Shown here: in pieces, positions 19,301 through 31,300 of the stretch
Layout of the letters: each line of letters starts with the position of its first letter
How positions within the stretch are numbered: the stretch's first letter is position 1
Virus record (IMG/VR): IMGVR_UViG_3300010344_000600
Location: 1 to 64,000 of that record
Reading direction: 5' to 3' (one strand)
DNA: 64,000 nucleotides
Origin: a virus
Lineage: Duplodnaviria > Caudoviricetes
Notes under the pieces: model-generated
Seen by the model: the letters and a program-made list of their open reading frames with translations, nothing else
What the model was told of the DNA's origin: nothing
The model's database searches: none
Translations under genes and position numbers: made by a program

Positions 19301-22300
19301 AGCCCGTTCAACAATAACCCAAACATTCAGGCGCGGTACTTTGGCCCCTATAACCGAAGCGGTGAGTTGATTGAAAAAGAGACCGTCGTCTCGCTGAATC
19401 GCAACCCCGATGAGAGAGTATTTCCTTATCGGCTTATGCACGTCAATATGGTCAGCAAACCGCAGATATCGCTTGTCGATAAGCGTTTCAAGACACTTTC
19501 TGATGCGGTTGAAGCGACTCGTGAAGCCTTGGTTGTGGCTGAGAAGAACGCCCCTACTGAAAACAAGGACGCTGAAGTTAGCGCTGAATTCAACCAGGAG
19601 GCAACTGAATCCGCGCCTGGTGAAATAAATACAGATATTGCAGAGAATGCGCAAAATCCTGTTGCAAACGAGGATGATGCACAGAATACCGCTTCAGAAC
19701 TGCCCTTCGGTATCGAGATCAAGTCTTTCCAGCACACCAAAACCGGAGAAACCAAGTTCGCTGTCGTCGTTCCCGTCCGCACATCGAGCGAGGACTATCA
19801 GACACTCAACAAGACAGCGATCAAGCACCGCGGGCGCTACTCGTCGTTCAAGGGGTCCGGCGCGGTGCCGGGATTCCTGTTTGGCAGCAACGAGAATGCG
19901 GTTGCCTGGGCGAATGATCCGGCGGTCGCGGGGGTGTTGAAGGGGTATGAGAAGGCCGACGAAACAAAGAGCGAGGCGGCGACCCCGAAAAAGCCTGAAG
20001 AAAGCAACCAGGAGCGCAGCTTTCGTAAATGGGGGGAGAACTACAACACCGTCGTCAACACGGCTGATCTGTCGTCGGTATCCCTTGCCGACCTCGAACG
20101 CGCCGATAGTTGGGCGGACAGCTTCATTGCATCAGAGCGGAGGAAGGGATGGGACGGTGGCGCCGTCAATGAAACTATCATCAATGCCATGGCGCCCGAC
20201 GTGGCGGCGATCAAGGCCGAGTTATCTAAGCGCTATGCCGAGCGCGATGCGCGGTTGGAAAGTGCAAAGACCGGCGCTGTTCTGGCCAAAGCCGGAAGCA
20301 TTCTGCTGGACGAGTACGGCGAAAACGAATGGTCTCTTGATGCCGACTTAATTGACGATGTTGCAGCACGGAATTATGTAACGATCCGCCAGGGAATGAT
20401 GGGAGAACGAAAGCAGGCCGTTACTCCCTACGAAATCAAGAAGCGCATTGCTGAAGATGCGAAGTTCAGGGCCGAGCATCCGAACAAGTCGAAGGCAGAA
20501 GAAAACACCCCTTCGGCAAGTGATGCTGTTCCTACCGAAGCAACCCCCGCTTCGATACCCTATCAATACTTGCTCACTGGCGAACTATGGGACGCCATGA
20601 GCTACAGTCAGCACGAGGCGATTGCCAACGGCTATATTGGGGGCATGCGCGCTGTCGTACATCGTCTGTCAGGTTCCAAGTGGGCCGATATCGGACCGGG
20701 CGAACGGAAGTCGCTGCAGGAGTCCTACGACAAACTGGAACAACAGCGCGAGTCGAGCCGCAAGGCCGATGAATCGCAGGAAGTAGCCCGCGCCGCTGCC
20801 GAGGCCGAGGTTTTCGAGGCGATGCGCCAGGTTCCGGCCGTTATCAATGCGGCGACCAACAGCCCGCACAATTTAGATGTCGAGATCGAGCGCCAGGTAG
20901 CGCAGTGGCTTGGGGATCAAATACACGCGGCGGCGATTGCCGGCGATGGCGACCGGGCGCGGGCACTCTCCAGCCTACTGGCCGACAACAAGCCGGTACT
21001 GCCGCCATCCTTCTTCGAGGGGTTGAAAGAATCGCTCAAACAGGCTGAGGCGATCGACAAAGAGGATGCGCTGGCCGAAAAAGGACATGACCCGGCGAAT
21101 CTCGCCTACGTTAAAGCCGAGCTACAGGCTGATCAGAAGGACGCTTTCCTGCAGGGATGGGCGCATGCCCTGGCCGGCAAGACGAAGTCGACGCTCCCGG
21201 GCAATGCAGCAGCGGCCAAGGGATACGATACCGCACGCGAATGGCTGACGACGCCGGAAGGGCGCGCAGCGTTCTCCGGAAAGCGGGCGAAGAAGCTGGA
21301 AAACACCGGGGCCGACCTGCGCCGCTGGTTCGACAAACAGAAAGCCAAAATCCGCGATGATAGCGACAACGAAGCGGTGATTGCGGCGCTTGATCTGGCC
21401 ACCGGCCGCGCCGACCTGATGCGCGGCATGGTCGCCGATCTGGCAACTCCCGGAACGCTGCGCTGGATGGAGCAGATGCGCTACGGCGTGATGCCATTCA
21501 AGCAGTGGATTACCGAGCGCGGCATGCTACAGCGGTTATACGGCCGAGTTGGTAACACGGATACGGCCCGCATGAGCCTCTACCTGGAGGGCAAGGCCTA
21601 CCTGAAAGATGATCTGGAGAATCCGGACGCGCCGCGTTCGTTCTTTGATGAAATCAAACTGGCCAGCACTCGGGAACAACGGATTGCCAAGCTGCGTGAC
21701 GCCGCACAGGAATACGCGACGCTGATGAGCCTGCTGACCGACGGGGTAAGAGCCGCTGGTACCGTCGAGGAAGCGGCGCGCGCGCTGCAGTCCGTCCTGT
21801 GGGGCGACGAATCGCAGGAAATGACGTTCAACGTCTACGACCAGAAGAACTACAGCGATACCGGGAAACTGGTAGCAACGCTGCTGTCGCACCCCGACCG
21901 TACCGCCTGGAGATTCGCGTGGAACGGCAAGAACCTGAGAGACCAGACCTACAGCCTGCGCGGACTGATCGATAAGGAGAATGATGCACTGACGACGACC
22001 AAGAAGGCGGCGCTGGTACCGCCTAGGCTGGATCACGTCGAGCGTACCGGTGAAGACTATCGCGGCGGGTCCAATGTCAGTCCGGAGCAGTTCAAGCGAA
22101 AATTCAACTTTGCCGACGTCGGTTTCGGAAAGTGGGTTAATTCTCGGCAGGATCAGGATCACTTGAATTATGCCTACGATGCTTTCCTCGATCTGGCCAA
22201 GTTGCTGAATGTTCCGCCGGAGTCGATCGCGCTCGGCGGGAAACTGCATTTCACGATCGGCGCGCTCGGACAAGGCAAGTTCGCCGCGCACTACGCGCCG

Positions 22301-25300
22301 TCGCAGCCGCATCCAGACGGAGGAACGGTACCAGTAATCAATGTCACCAACACGCGCGGCGATGGCACGGTCGCCCACGAATGGGCGCATGCGATGGACC
22401 TGACCCCACAGGAGCGGCTGTCTGTCGAAGGGGATTATGCGCATCTGGCGCGGGCGATCTCGATAATCAAGGCCGATCTCAAGTACGCCTATCACTTTGA
22501 TGCAGTCAAAGCGGGCGTCATGCGCATGCTGGGCGGTGATGCATGGTGGAAAGGCGACAAGCGATCGGCACAAACCGATGCCGGGCGGCTGGAAAACGCA
22601 CGCCGGGCGATTGACTACTACAGCGGAGCCAGTCACCAGCTTTCGACGTACTACAAGGAGGCTATTAAGCTCGACGGCAACAAGACCAAAGACCCGTACT
22701 GGTCGAATGATCTGGAGTTGTTCGCCCGCGCCTTTGAAGGCTGGACTGGCGACGCGCTTAATGGCACGTCAACCTACCTCGTCAACCCGGAATGGTCCGG
22801 CGAGGGCATGGTGACGGACAAGACGCACCGAGGTACGCCGTATCCCTTGGGCGAAGAACGTGAACGCTTTGCCCAATGGTTCGACGCCCTCGCCAAGTCG
22901 ATGGTCTACGATGCAGAAATCAAAGCACTGCGCCTCGATGCGTTGAAATGGGCCGAGAATCGGCCGAAGCATGGAGATGAGTGGAAAACGGCGCTCGATG
23001 ATCTGCGCGCCTCGCTACCGGCTATTCTTAAACAGGTCAAGCAGGAGCAGGCCGAGAAAGAAGCGACAGAAAGCGCGGCGCGTGATGAGGCGCGGACGAT
23101 GGCCGTCGGGGATGTGATTCGCGCGCGGCGCATGAATAACGGGCTGTCCTCGCGTTTCCCTGATCCGTTAACGATCACCGCTGTCACTCCGACACCGGAC
23201 GGCCTCGGCGTGCCGCGGATCTCATTCATGGTTGATGACCCAGCCGGAGTAAAGCCGACCGAGCATACCTATACCGGCGAGTTCTTTGAGGTCATGGAGC
23301 GAGCAACTGATCGCGCGCTCAAGGAAGCCGCAGCAGCCAAGACCGAAGCAGAATCCAGTGCGCCAGCCATTGAGCCGACCGGAACACTGTCCGATACTGA
23401 CTATGAAAGGCTGTTCGATGAAGCGGCGGCCGAACTGAGCGAAGCGGCAGCCGAACAACCGGAATCACCGGTGACGGCCGCGTTGCCTGGTGGATGGACG
23501 GTTGAGGACGTCAAGGAGATTCAGGCACTCGTCAACGCCGGAAAGATCGTTTTGGTGGCCGATGAGAAACTCGGCATACCGACCATTCACGACTTTTCTG
23601 GACGGTCGGCGCATCTTGGGTTTGGCACCTTCCGTCTCAGTACGCCGGAATTTGAAGTGCTGTTCGACGGCGGCGCGGCGATGCACAATACGCCATCTGG
23701 AAAAGGCTATACAGTCGTCCTGGTGAATAGCGGAACGTTCCCCTACGATGAGGCGGGCGTCAAGGCAACGCTGCAAGGGTTGCTGTCTGGAACCGGTACT
23801 GCCGAGACAGCCATAGCCGCAGAAGACAAGGGAAGCATGCCGGAACCTGACGGCCAGCCGGACAAGAAAGACGAACAACCCAAGCCCGCCAAGAAGCCAC
23901 GGCCCGGAAAACTACCAAAACTGGACGATCAAGTTCAAAAGACCGCATCAGCATTGATCGCCGACGCGGCCAAGATGGGCGTCAAGGGCGTCGACGAGGC
24001 GCTGACCGGACTCGTCAAACTGTTCGGTGGCGGGGCCGGAAAGCTCATGTCGTTCCCGGCTGGCATGGACGAGGATACCTACAAGTCGGCTAAACCGCAC
24101 TTCGAGGCAGCGCTCAAGAGTTTCCAGGAAGCGGGCATGTCGCTGAAAGACCTGTTCAAATGGCTGATCGAGAAGTTTGGCCTCGGGATCAAGCCCTACG
24201 CGCTGCACTTTGCCAAGGAGAGCGCGCTGTCGACAGATCTCGGCGAGAAACCAAGCGCGCGCCTGGCAGTATCAGGCTTTGTGCAGAAGCAGATGGCCAA
24301 GAGCGAGGCATTTACCAGCCGGCAACTGTTCGACGAGGCCGATCGCGCCTTTGGTGGAACACAAGCTGAGGGCAAGTATTCGCCGAAGGATGCTTACGAC
24401 GCGATGGAATCCGGTGTGAACCAGTACCTCCTGGCAACCCCGTTCCCGATCGCTGTTGAGGCCGATAAGGCCGCCGATATCGCTTCGTTGCTTCAGGACA
24501 AGATTAGGATACTTCCGACGCAGACCCGGCGCGATGCGGAAATGGACGAGTTTCAGCAGTTCTCGACGCCGCCGGCGCTGTCCTATGTCGCTAACTGGGT
24601 AGCGGCGATCAAGCCAGGCGAGATCATGGCCGAGCCATCGGCCGGAACCGGCGATCTGGCGGTATGGGCGAAGAAAGCGGGCGCTGACCTGATCCTCAAT
24701 GAGCTCTCAAGCCGGCGCGTGTCCGGGTTGAAAGAGTTGTTCCCTGGCGCTCGGGTGTTTTCTGAAAACGCCGAGCAACTGCACAACGTCCTGCCGATCG
24801 ATGCGGTACCGACTGTCGTGGTGATGAACCCGCCGTTTTCTGCAACGGCTGGCCGCGCCGCGGGAACGCGCGATACGATGAATGGCGCCCGGCATATCGA
24901 ACAGGCATTGAAACGCCTGACGCCGAATGGCCGACTGGTAGCCATCGTCGGACAGGGGATGGCCGCCGATCGCCCGGCGTTCAAAGAGTGGTGGAAATCT
25001 ATTTCAGCGACCTATAATGTAAGAGCCAACATCGGGATTGACGGCTCGGAGTACGCGAAATACGGCACCACCTTCGACAATCAAATACTCGTTATTGACA
25101 AGGACGGACCGACGCAAGGCGTAGTGCTGACCGGAAAGGTAGCGAGAGTCGCCGAATTGCCGGCTTTACTGGAGAAAATCCGTGATACTCGACCGCAACC
25201 CACTCGACCCAATCGCCCGGGCGAATCAGATGCCGATCAACCGGGCGGCAGCGACCTTTCTGACCAAGACGGACTGGGGTATCAACCCGGCGGCGATCTG

Positions 25301-28300
25301 CGTCCTGACACTGATGCGCTGGGGTCTGGAAAACGGCCTAAAGGCAAAGGGAATAAACGAGGCGGGCGGCTGGATCAGCAGTCTGGCGGAACGCCGGGGG
25401 CCGCTGGGGATGACGCAACTGGTGACCGGGGAGCAGGAGGGGGAGGCCAATCTAACGGAAACGGACCTGATGACGGAAACGGATCCGCTGGGAGCAGCGG
25501 CGATGCTACTGGAAAGTCTGGTGCTGAACTACAAAGCGGGGTTGTAGGCCTCGAAGCCATTGACGCAAAGAAGAACACGGACGAAATATCCGATTCCGTT
25601 TTCGAGAACTACTATCCGCAGCGCCTCTCTGTTCCGGGGGCCAAACCACACCCCGGCCGGCTGGTACAGTCCGCGGCGATGGGCGCCGTCGAGCCGCCTG
25701 CTCCAACCTACGTGCCTAACCTGCCAAAGAAGGTGATCGATAAGGGGTTGTTGTCGATCGCGCAGATCGAGTCCGTTGTTTATGCCGGGCAGGCGCATAA
25801 CCAGATGCTACCGAATGGCGAACGGCGCGGCTTCTTCATCGGCGATGGAACCGGGGTCGGAAAAGGCCGTGAAATCTCCGGAATCATCCTCGATAACCTG
25901 CGGCAAGGGCGCGACAAGGCGGTATGGGTGTCGTTCAATGAAGGCCTGTTCACCGACGCCAAGCGCGACATGACCGGTATCGGGGCTGACCCGGAGCAAC
26001 TGTTCTGGCTGGGCAAGACAAAGGCCGACGCCGCTATCACCGCCAAGCGCGGCGTCCTGTTTACAACCTACAGCACGCTCGGGCGCGGAGGAAGCAAGAA
26101 GCAGGCAACAGCCGACGCGACGACCGGAAAGAGTAAGCCGGCCAAAACGCGCGGCGACCAGATCGTCGAATGGCTGGGCGAAGACTTTGATGGGGTCATC
26201 GTCTTCGATGAGGCGCACTCGATGGGAAATGCTATCGAGATGCGTGGACGACGCGGAAAGAAGAAGCCATCGGCGCAGGCGATCGCCGGAATTGATCTGC
26301 AGAAACGACTGCCCAAGGCGCGCATCGTCTATGTCTCGGCAACCGGAGCAACCGAGCTCTCCAACCTGTCCTACGCTTCGCGCTTAGGCTTGTGGGGCGA
26401 AGGAACGCCGTTTGCGACACCGATCAAGTTCATCAATGATGTTTCAGCAGGCGGGGTCGCAGCGATGGAGTTGATCGCGCGCGACATGAAGGCGCTCGGC
26501 ATGTATATCGCGCGCTCACTATCCTACGATGGCGTCACTTATGAGCGGCTTGACCATGAATTGACGCCGCTACAGACCGATATCTACAACGAACTTGCAA
26601 AGACCTGGCAGACGGTACTGCTGAATGTTAACGAGGCTCTTGGAATAACCGGACAGGACATGAGCGGCGACGCCAAGAGCGCGGCGCTATCGGCCTTCTG
26701 GAGCACGCATCAACGATTCTTCAATCAGGTCATCACGTCCATGCAGACGCCGACGGTGATCGAGAGCATGCGTCAGCAGATCGCCGCCGGTCATGCTGTC
26801 GTTATCCAACTGACTAATACCAACGAAGCCGAGCAGGAGCGCCAGGTCGCGCGTGCTCAGGCAACCGATACAGCCCTTGAGGAACTTGACTTTACGCCAC
26901 GTCAAGCGCTGATGGACTACGTGCGCAACGGGTTCCCAGTAGCGGCCTACGAGACGTATGTCGACGATAACGGGAATACACGCTCCCGGCCGGTCGTCGA
27001 TTCCGAAGGAAATCTTGTGCAGGACCAGGACGCCGTGGCCATGCGTGACCAACTGCTCGGAACGCTTGAGCAGATCCGGGTACCTGAGAATCCAATCGAC
27101 GCGATCATCAACGCCTTCGGCTCGGATAAGGTAGGCGAGGTCACTGGGCGAAAACGTCGCTTTGTGCAGACGCGCGACGAGGACGGAAACCTCAAGATCG
27201 TTGAGGAAAAGCGCGGATCACATGCGGCCAAGAACGATGCTGATTCCTTCCAGGACGATAAGAAGCCGATCCTGATCTTTTCTCAGGCAGGCGGTACCGG
27301 ATACTCGTTCCATGCCTCAAACGAGGTCAAGAACCAGCGGCGACGAATTCACTACATCCTGCAGCCGGGGTGGCGTGCTGACGTGGCGATCCAGGGAACC
27401 GGTCGGACGCACCGCACGAACCAGGCCAATGAGCCGCATTACGCGCTGCCGACGACGAATCTAAAGGCCCAGAAACGATTTGTCTCGACCATCGCCCGGC
27501 GCATGGACCAGATGGGTGCGCTAACCCGCGGGCAACGGCAGGCGGCCGGGCAAGGACTGTTCTCGGCGGCGGATAACCTTGAGAGCCAGTACGCGATTGA
27601 CGCGCTCGATATGTTCTTCAACGACCTGTATTCCGGGAAGACGCCACTCAATTTCAACGACATTACGCAGGCCATGGGGCTGACCGGACTGATCAATGAG
27701 GACACTGGGGGGCTGAATACCAGCAGGTTGCCGGAGATACCGCAATTCCTGAACCGCTTGTTGTCGTTGCAGACGCACGAGCAGGATGCCGTTTTTGATG
27801 AATTCTCGAAGCGGCTCGATGAAATCGTAGCCTACGCCGTGCAGAACGGAACATTCGATAACGGACTGCAGACGCTGCGCGCTGAATCGATCGTCAAGAA
27901 GCGTGACGAGGTTGCTTACGTAGACCCGAGGACGGGCGCTGAAACGCGCTATATCGAGGTCGACGTAACGAATCCTATCCGATACACAAAATGGAAGGAC
28001 GCCTCAGCAATCAAGGGGTTTCCTGACTTCAAGGGATGGTTTAAGGATCAGCATGGACGCCTATTCGGATTCCGCGATCTTGGGGATCGCGTCGATGCTG
28101 CCGGAAAGACTGTTCGCCGTGGCGCCAAGTACGACACGCGGGGACGGACGATCTACGTCGACAATGCGGCTGATGTCCTGCAGGGATACCGCTACATCCA
28201 CAAAGACGGGCTCTCGGTGAAAGAGACGATCGCTATCCCGATGAATATCGCCGACATGCCCGCCGCCTGGGCGGCCGAGATTGAGGTGGCACCGAAGAAA

Positions 28301-31300
28301 TCGACACAACTTAACCGACTGGTCGTCGGGGTTATCTTGCCGGTGTGGGATCGGGTGCGTGGTCGCTCGACAATCGTGCGGCTGCAGACCGACGATGGCG
28401 AACGGATGATCGGGCGCTTATTAACTACGAAGGATGCGGAGGCAACGCTAAAGAATCTTGGTCTCGGTTCATCCGTGTCGAAACTATCTACAGCGGAAGT
28501 GCTGTCGCGTATCCTCGCCGGGGAGAAGGCGATCCTCGGTAACGGATGGGAAATCAGCCGGGTCAAGGTATCAGGGGAAGATCGCCTAGAACTGAAATCG
28601 TCGTCTGGATACTTTGCCAACGGGGATCAGTCGATCCTCAAGTCGCAAGGCGTATTCTTTGAGCGCATCCAGTGGAACGAGCGCGCCTTCATTCCGATGG
28701 GGGAACAGGCGGAATCTGTCTTCAAGCGCGTCACTGAGTCGCGGCAGGTCGTAGATCTAATAGGTAGCAGCAAGAAAGCACAGGATGATGCGTCCGAGAC
28801 AGTTTTCTCCATGGGTAGCGGCGAAGTGCGCATCTCGACTGCCGACAAAGCCGTCTACGGCATGGCCAACGAAGGTCGCAGCGCCGCCGAGATCCTGGGT
28901 TTCATCCAGGCATCGTCGCGGAACCCCTTCTATCGCCAGTTGGCCAAGTTACTGCTCAAGACCGGGATCAACCCATCGGTAACAGTCGGTGACTCCAAGG
29001 GCTGGAAATTCAACGCCGGCCGGGACAACAAGTATTCGGCGGCCTACAACCCAAAGACGGATGCGATATCGCTGTTCCGTCCGGCATCGGCTGAGCGGCA
29101 TGCGTTACACGAGATGGTACACGCAGCAACCATCAAGGCATTACAGAAACAAGGGCTTTCCTCGCTCAAGATGCGCGCGCTATTCGCGCATGTGAAGAAG
29201 TCCGGCAAGCTCAAGGGCATGTACGGCATGACGGATATCGACGAATTCATGGCCGAAGCCTTCACAAATCCATTCTTCCAGGAGAAATTGCGCTCTGTGT
29301 CCGCGCCGAGTGGAATGAATGGACTCAAGAACGCATGGCACTGGTTCGTGCGCGTGGTGAGCAAGATCCTCGGGTTGGAACAAGGTGATGAAACTGCACT
29401 TTCTGCTGTGTTGAGTATTGGTGTTGGGGTGATGCGGGAGAACAAGCAAGCCAACAATAGCGAATCTACTCGTTCTGGCTATACTGAGAGCATGGCTAAA
29501 GACAACCTTGACCCAGACGACAAAGAAGCGGCCTTCGTTCAAAGCAATGTCGAAGGAAAATCACTGCTTGAGGTTGCGCAATGGATTGAATCAGCCGGGG
29601 CGCCTTCCGAGCGCCTGATCGCCAGCAAGGTTATCGATCGCTTGCAGATGTTGCAGCGGGCCGGCGTTGCTCTGAATTTCAAGGTAGCGCATGTGGGCGA
29701 CAAAATACCCGTCTCCCTGGCTAACGCACGTGGGATGGCCTCCTATAACTTCGGGAAGAACGATTCCAGAATTGATGTATGGGTCAATGGATCTGACGTA
29801 ACGGGCAAGGTCGGCATGAGTCCCTACATCGTGCTGCATGAGCTCGTCCATGCGGCAACAATGGGAGCAGTTCGCCTTGGAAACTATAAGGTAGCTGCGG
29901 GAACAAAGTTGGCGGCCGACGTCGCTGACCTGTACGCCGTCAGCAATGCAGTAAATACCCACATCAACCAGAGGATTAAAGCCGCGAAGCAGGGGAAAAC
30001 GAAACTTACGCCGTTTGAACAAGCGATGTTTGATGGCGACATCAACGCTTTCAGTACGCCGAACGAAACCCTGGCCTGGGCGCTGACGGATGCGAAGGCA
30101 CAAAGCTACCTTGAATCCATTCCCTATAAAGGAAAGTCGGCATGGACCGCCTTCGTTCAGGCGATCCGTAACCTGCTGGGTTTGAGCCCGTCTTCCGATA
30201 CGGCTTTGTCTGAAGTGCTGCGCGTAGCCGAAGCCTTGATGAGCGACAACATCAACGAAATGATACCGATCGCCAATGCGACGGGTACGGCCATGACGGT
30301 GCAGTCTTCGTCGGTGCAGGAGGTGGCGACGAATGATGACATCCGCTACTCCACTTCCGCCGACCCATCCGCCATCAACGGCACCCCCGATATCGAGCGC
30401 TGGCGCGACATCCTCAAGAGCCCAGATGTGCTGAAGTCGCTGCGTCAGCAAATCGCTGATCAGTTCCAGTCGCAAAAGACCTTCAACTGGTGGCACCGTA
30501 CCATTGGGTCGCAGTACCACAAGGCCAAGGTCGACGCCGATTTCGCCAAGGTCTATGAACGCGCTCAGCAGTATCTCGACGATACGAGCCGGCTGGCCAA
30601 CGAAGCGGCCGACCTCGCCCCCGGTCTCCTACCCAAAACCAACAACATGGCCGATGCGGCGCGCGGCATCTACCATATGTTCGGTGACAAGAAGGATGCG
30701 CAGGCCATTGCCGGCCCGGTCTTCCATGGCACGATGCTGGAAAAGACCTTCACCGATGACGAGTTGCGCAATCCGCCCGAGGATATTTTCGGGAAACCGC
30801 AGTTCGCGCCCCTGACAGACAAGCAGATCAAGCTGTACCGGCAGTACCGGGCGACGATCGACAAGAGCCTCGACGACCTAGCCATCTCAGAAATGGCCCG
30901 CTTGTCGCGGACCTCAAAGATGCTGCAAGCGCCGCAGGGGCTTTCCTTGCGTGCGACGGTGGCCTTCTATCGGGAACAGTACGAAGCGGCCCTGGAGAAC
31001 GCGCAAACCGCCTTGGCGGACGTGAAACAGCAGCACGCCGACGATATGGCCATGCTCGAATCCGCGGCACAGGATCAAGCCAGCAATGCCGACGAGCGGA
31101 AAAAGTACGCCGGTCTGCGCGAAGCCATGAAAACACGCCAGGCCGCCGAGCTATCCGCCGCCCAGCGCACCGTCGACAACCTGGAAGAGCTGGACAAAGG
31201 AATCGTCGGACGCGCCGGGATCATCGAGAAGTTGAAGGGCGAGGGCTACTCGCCCCTGATGCGCTTCGGCCAATACACGGTCGACGTGTTCTATGAGGAC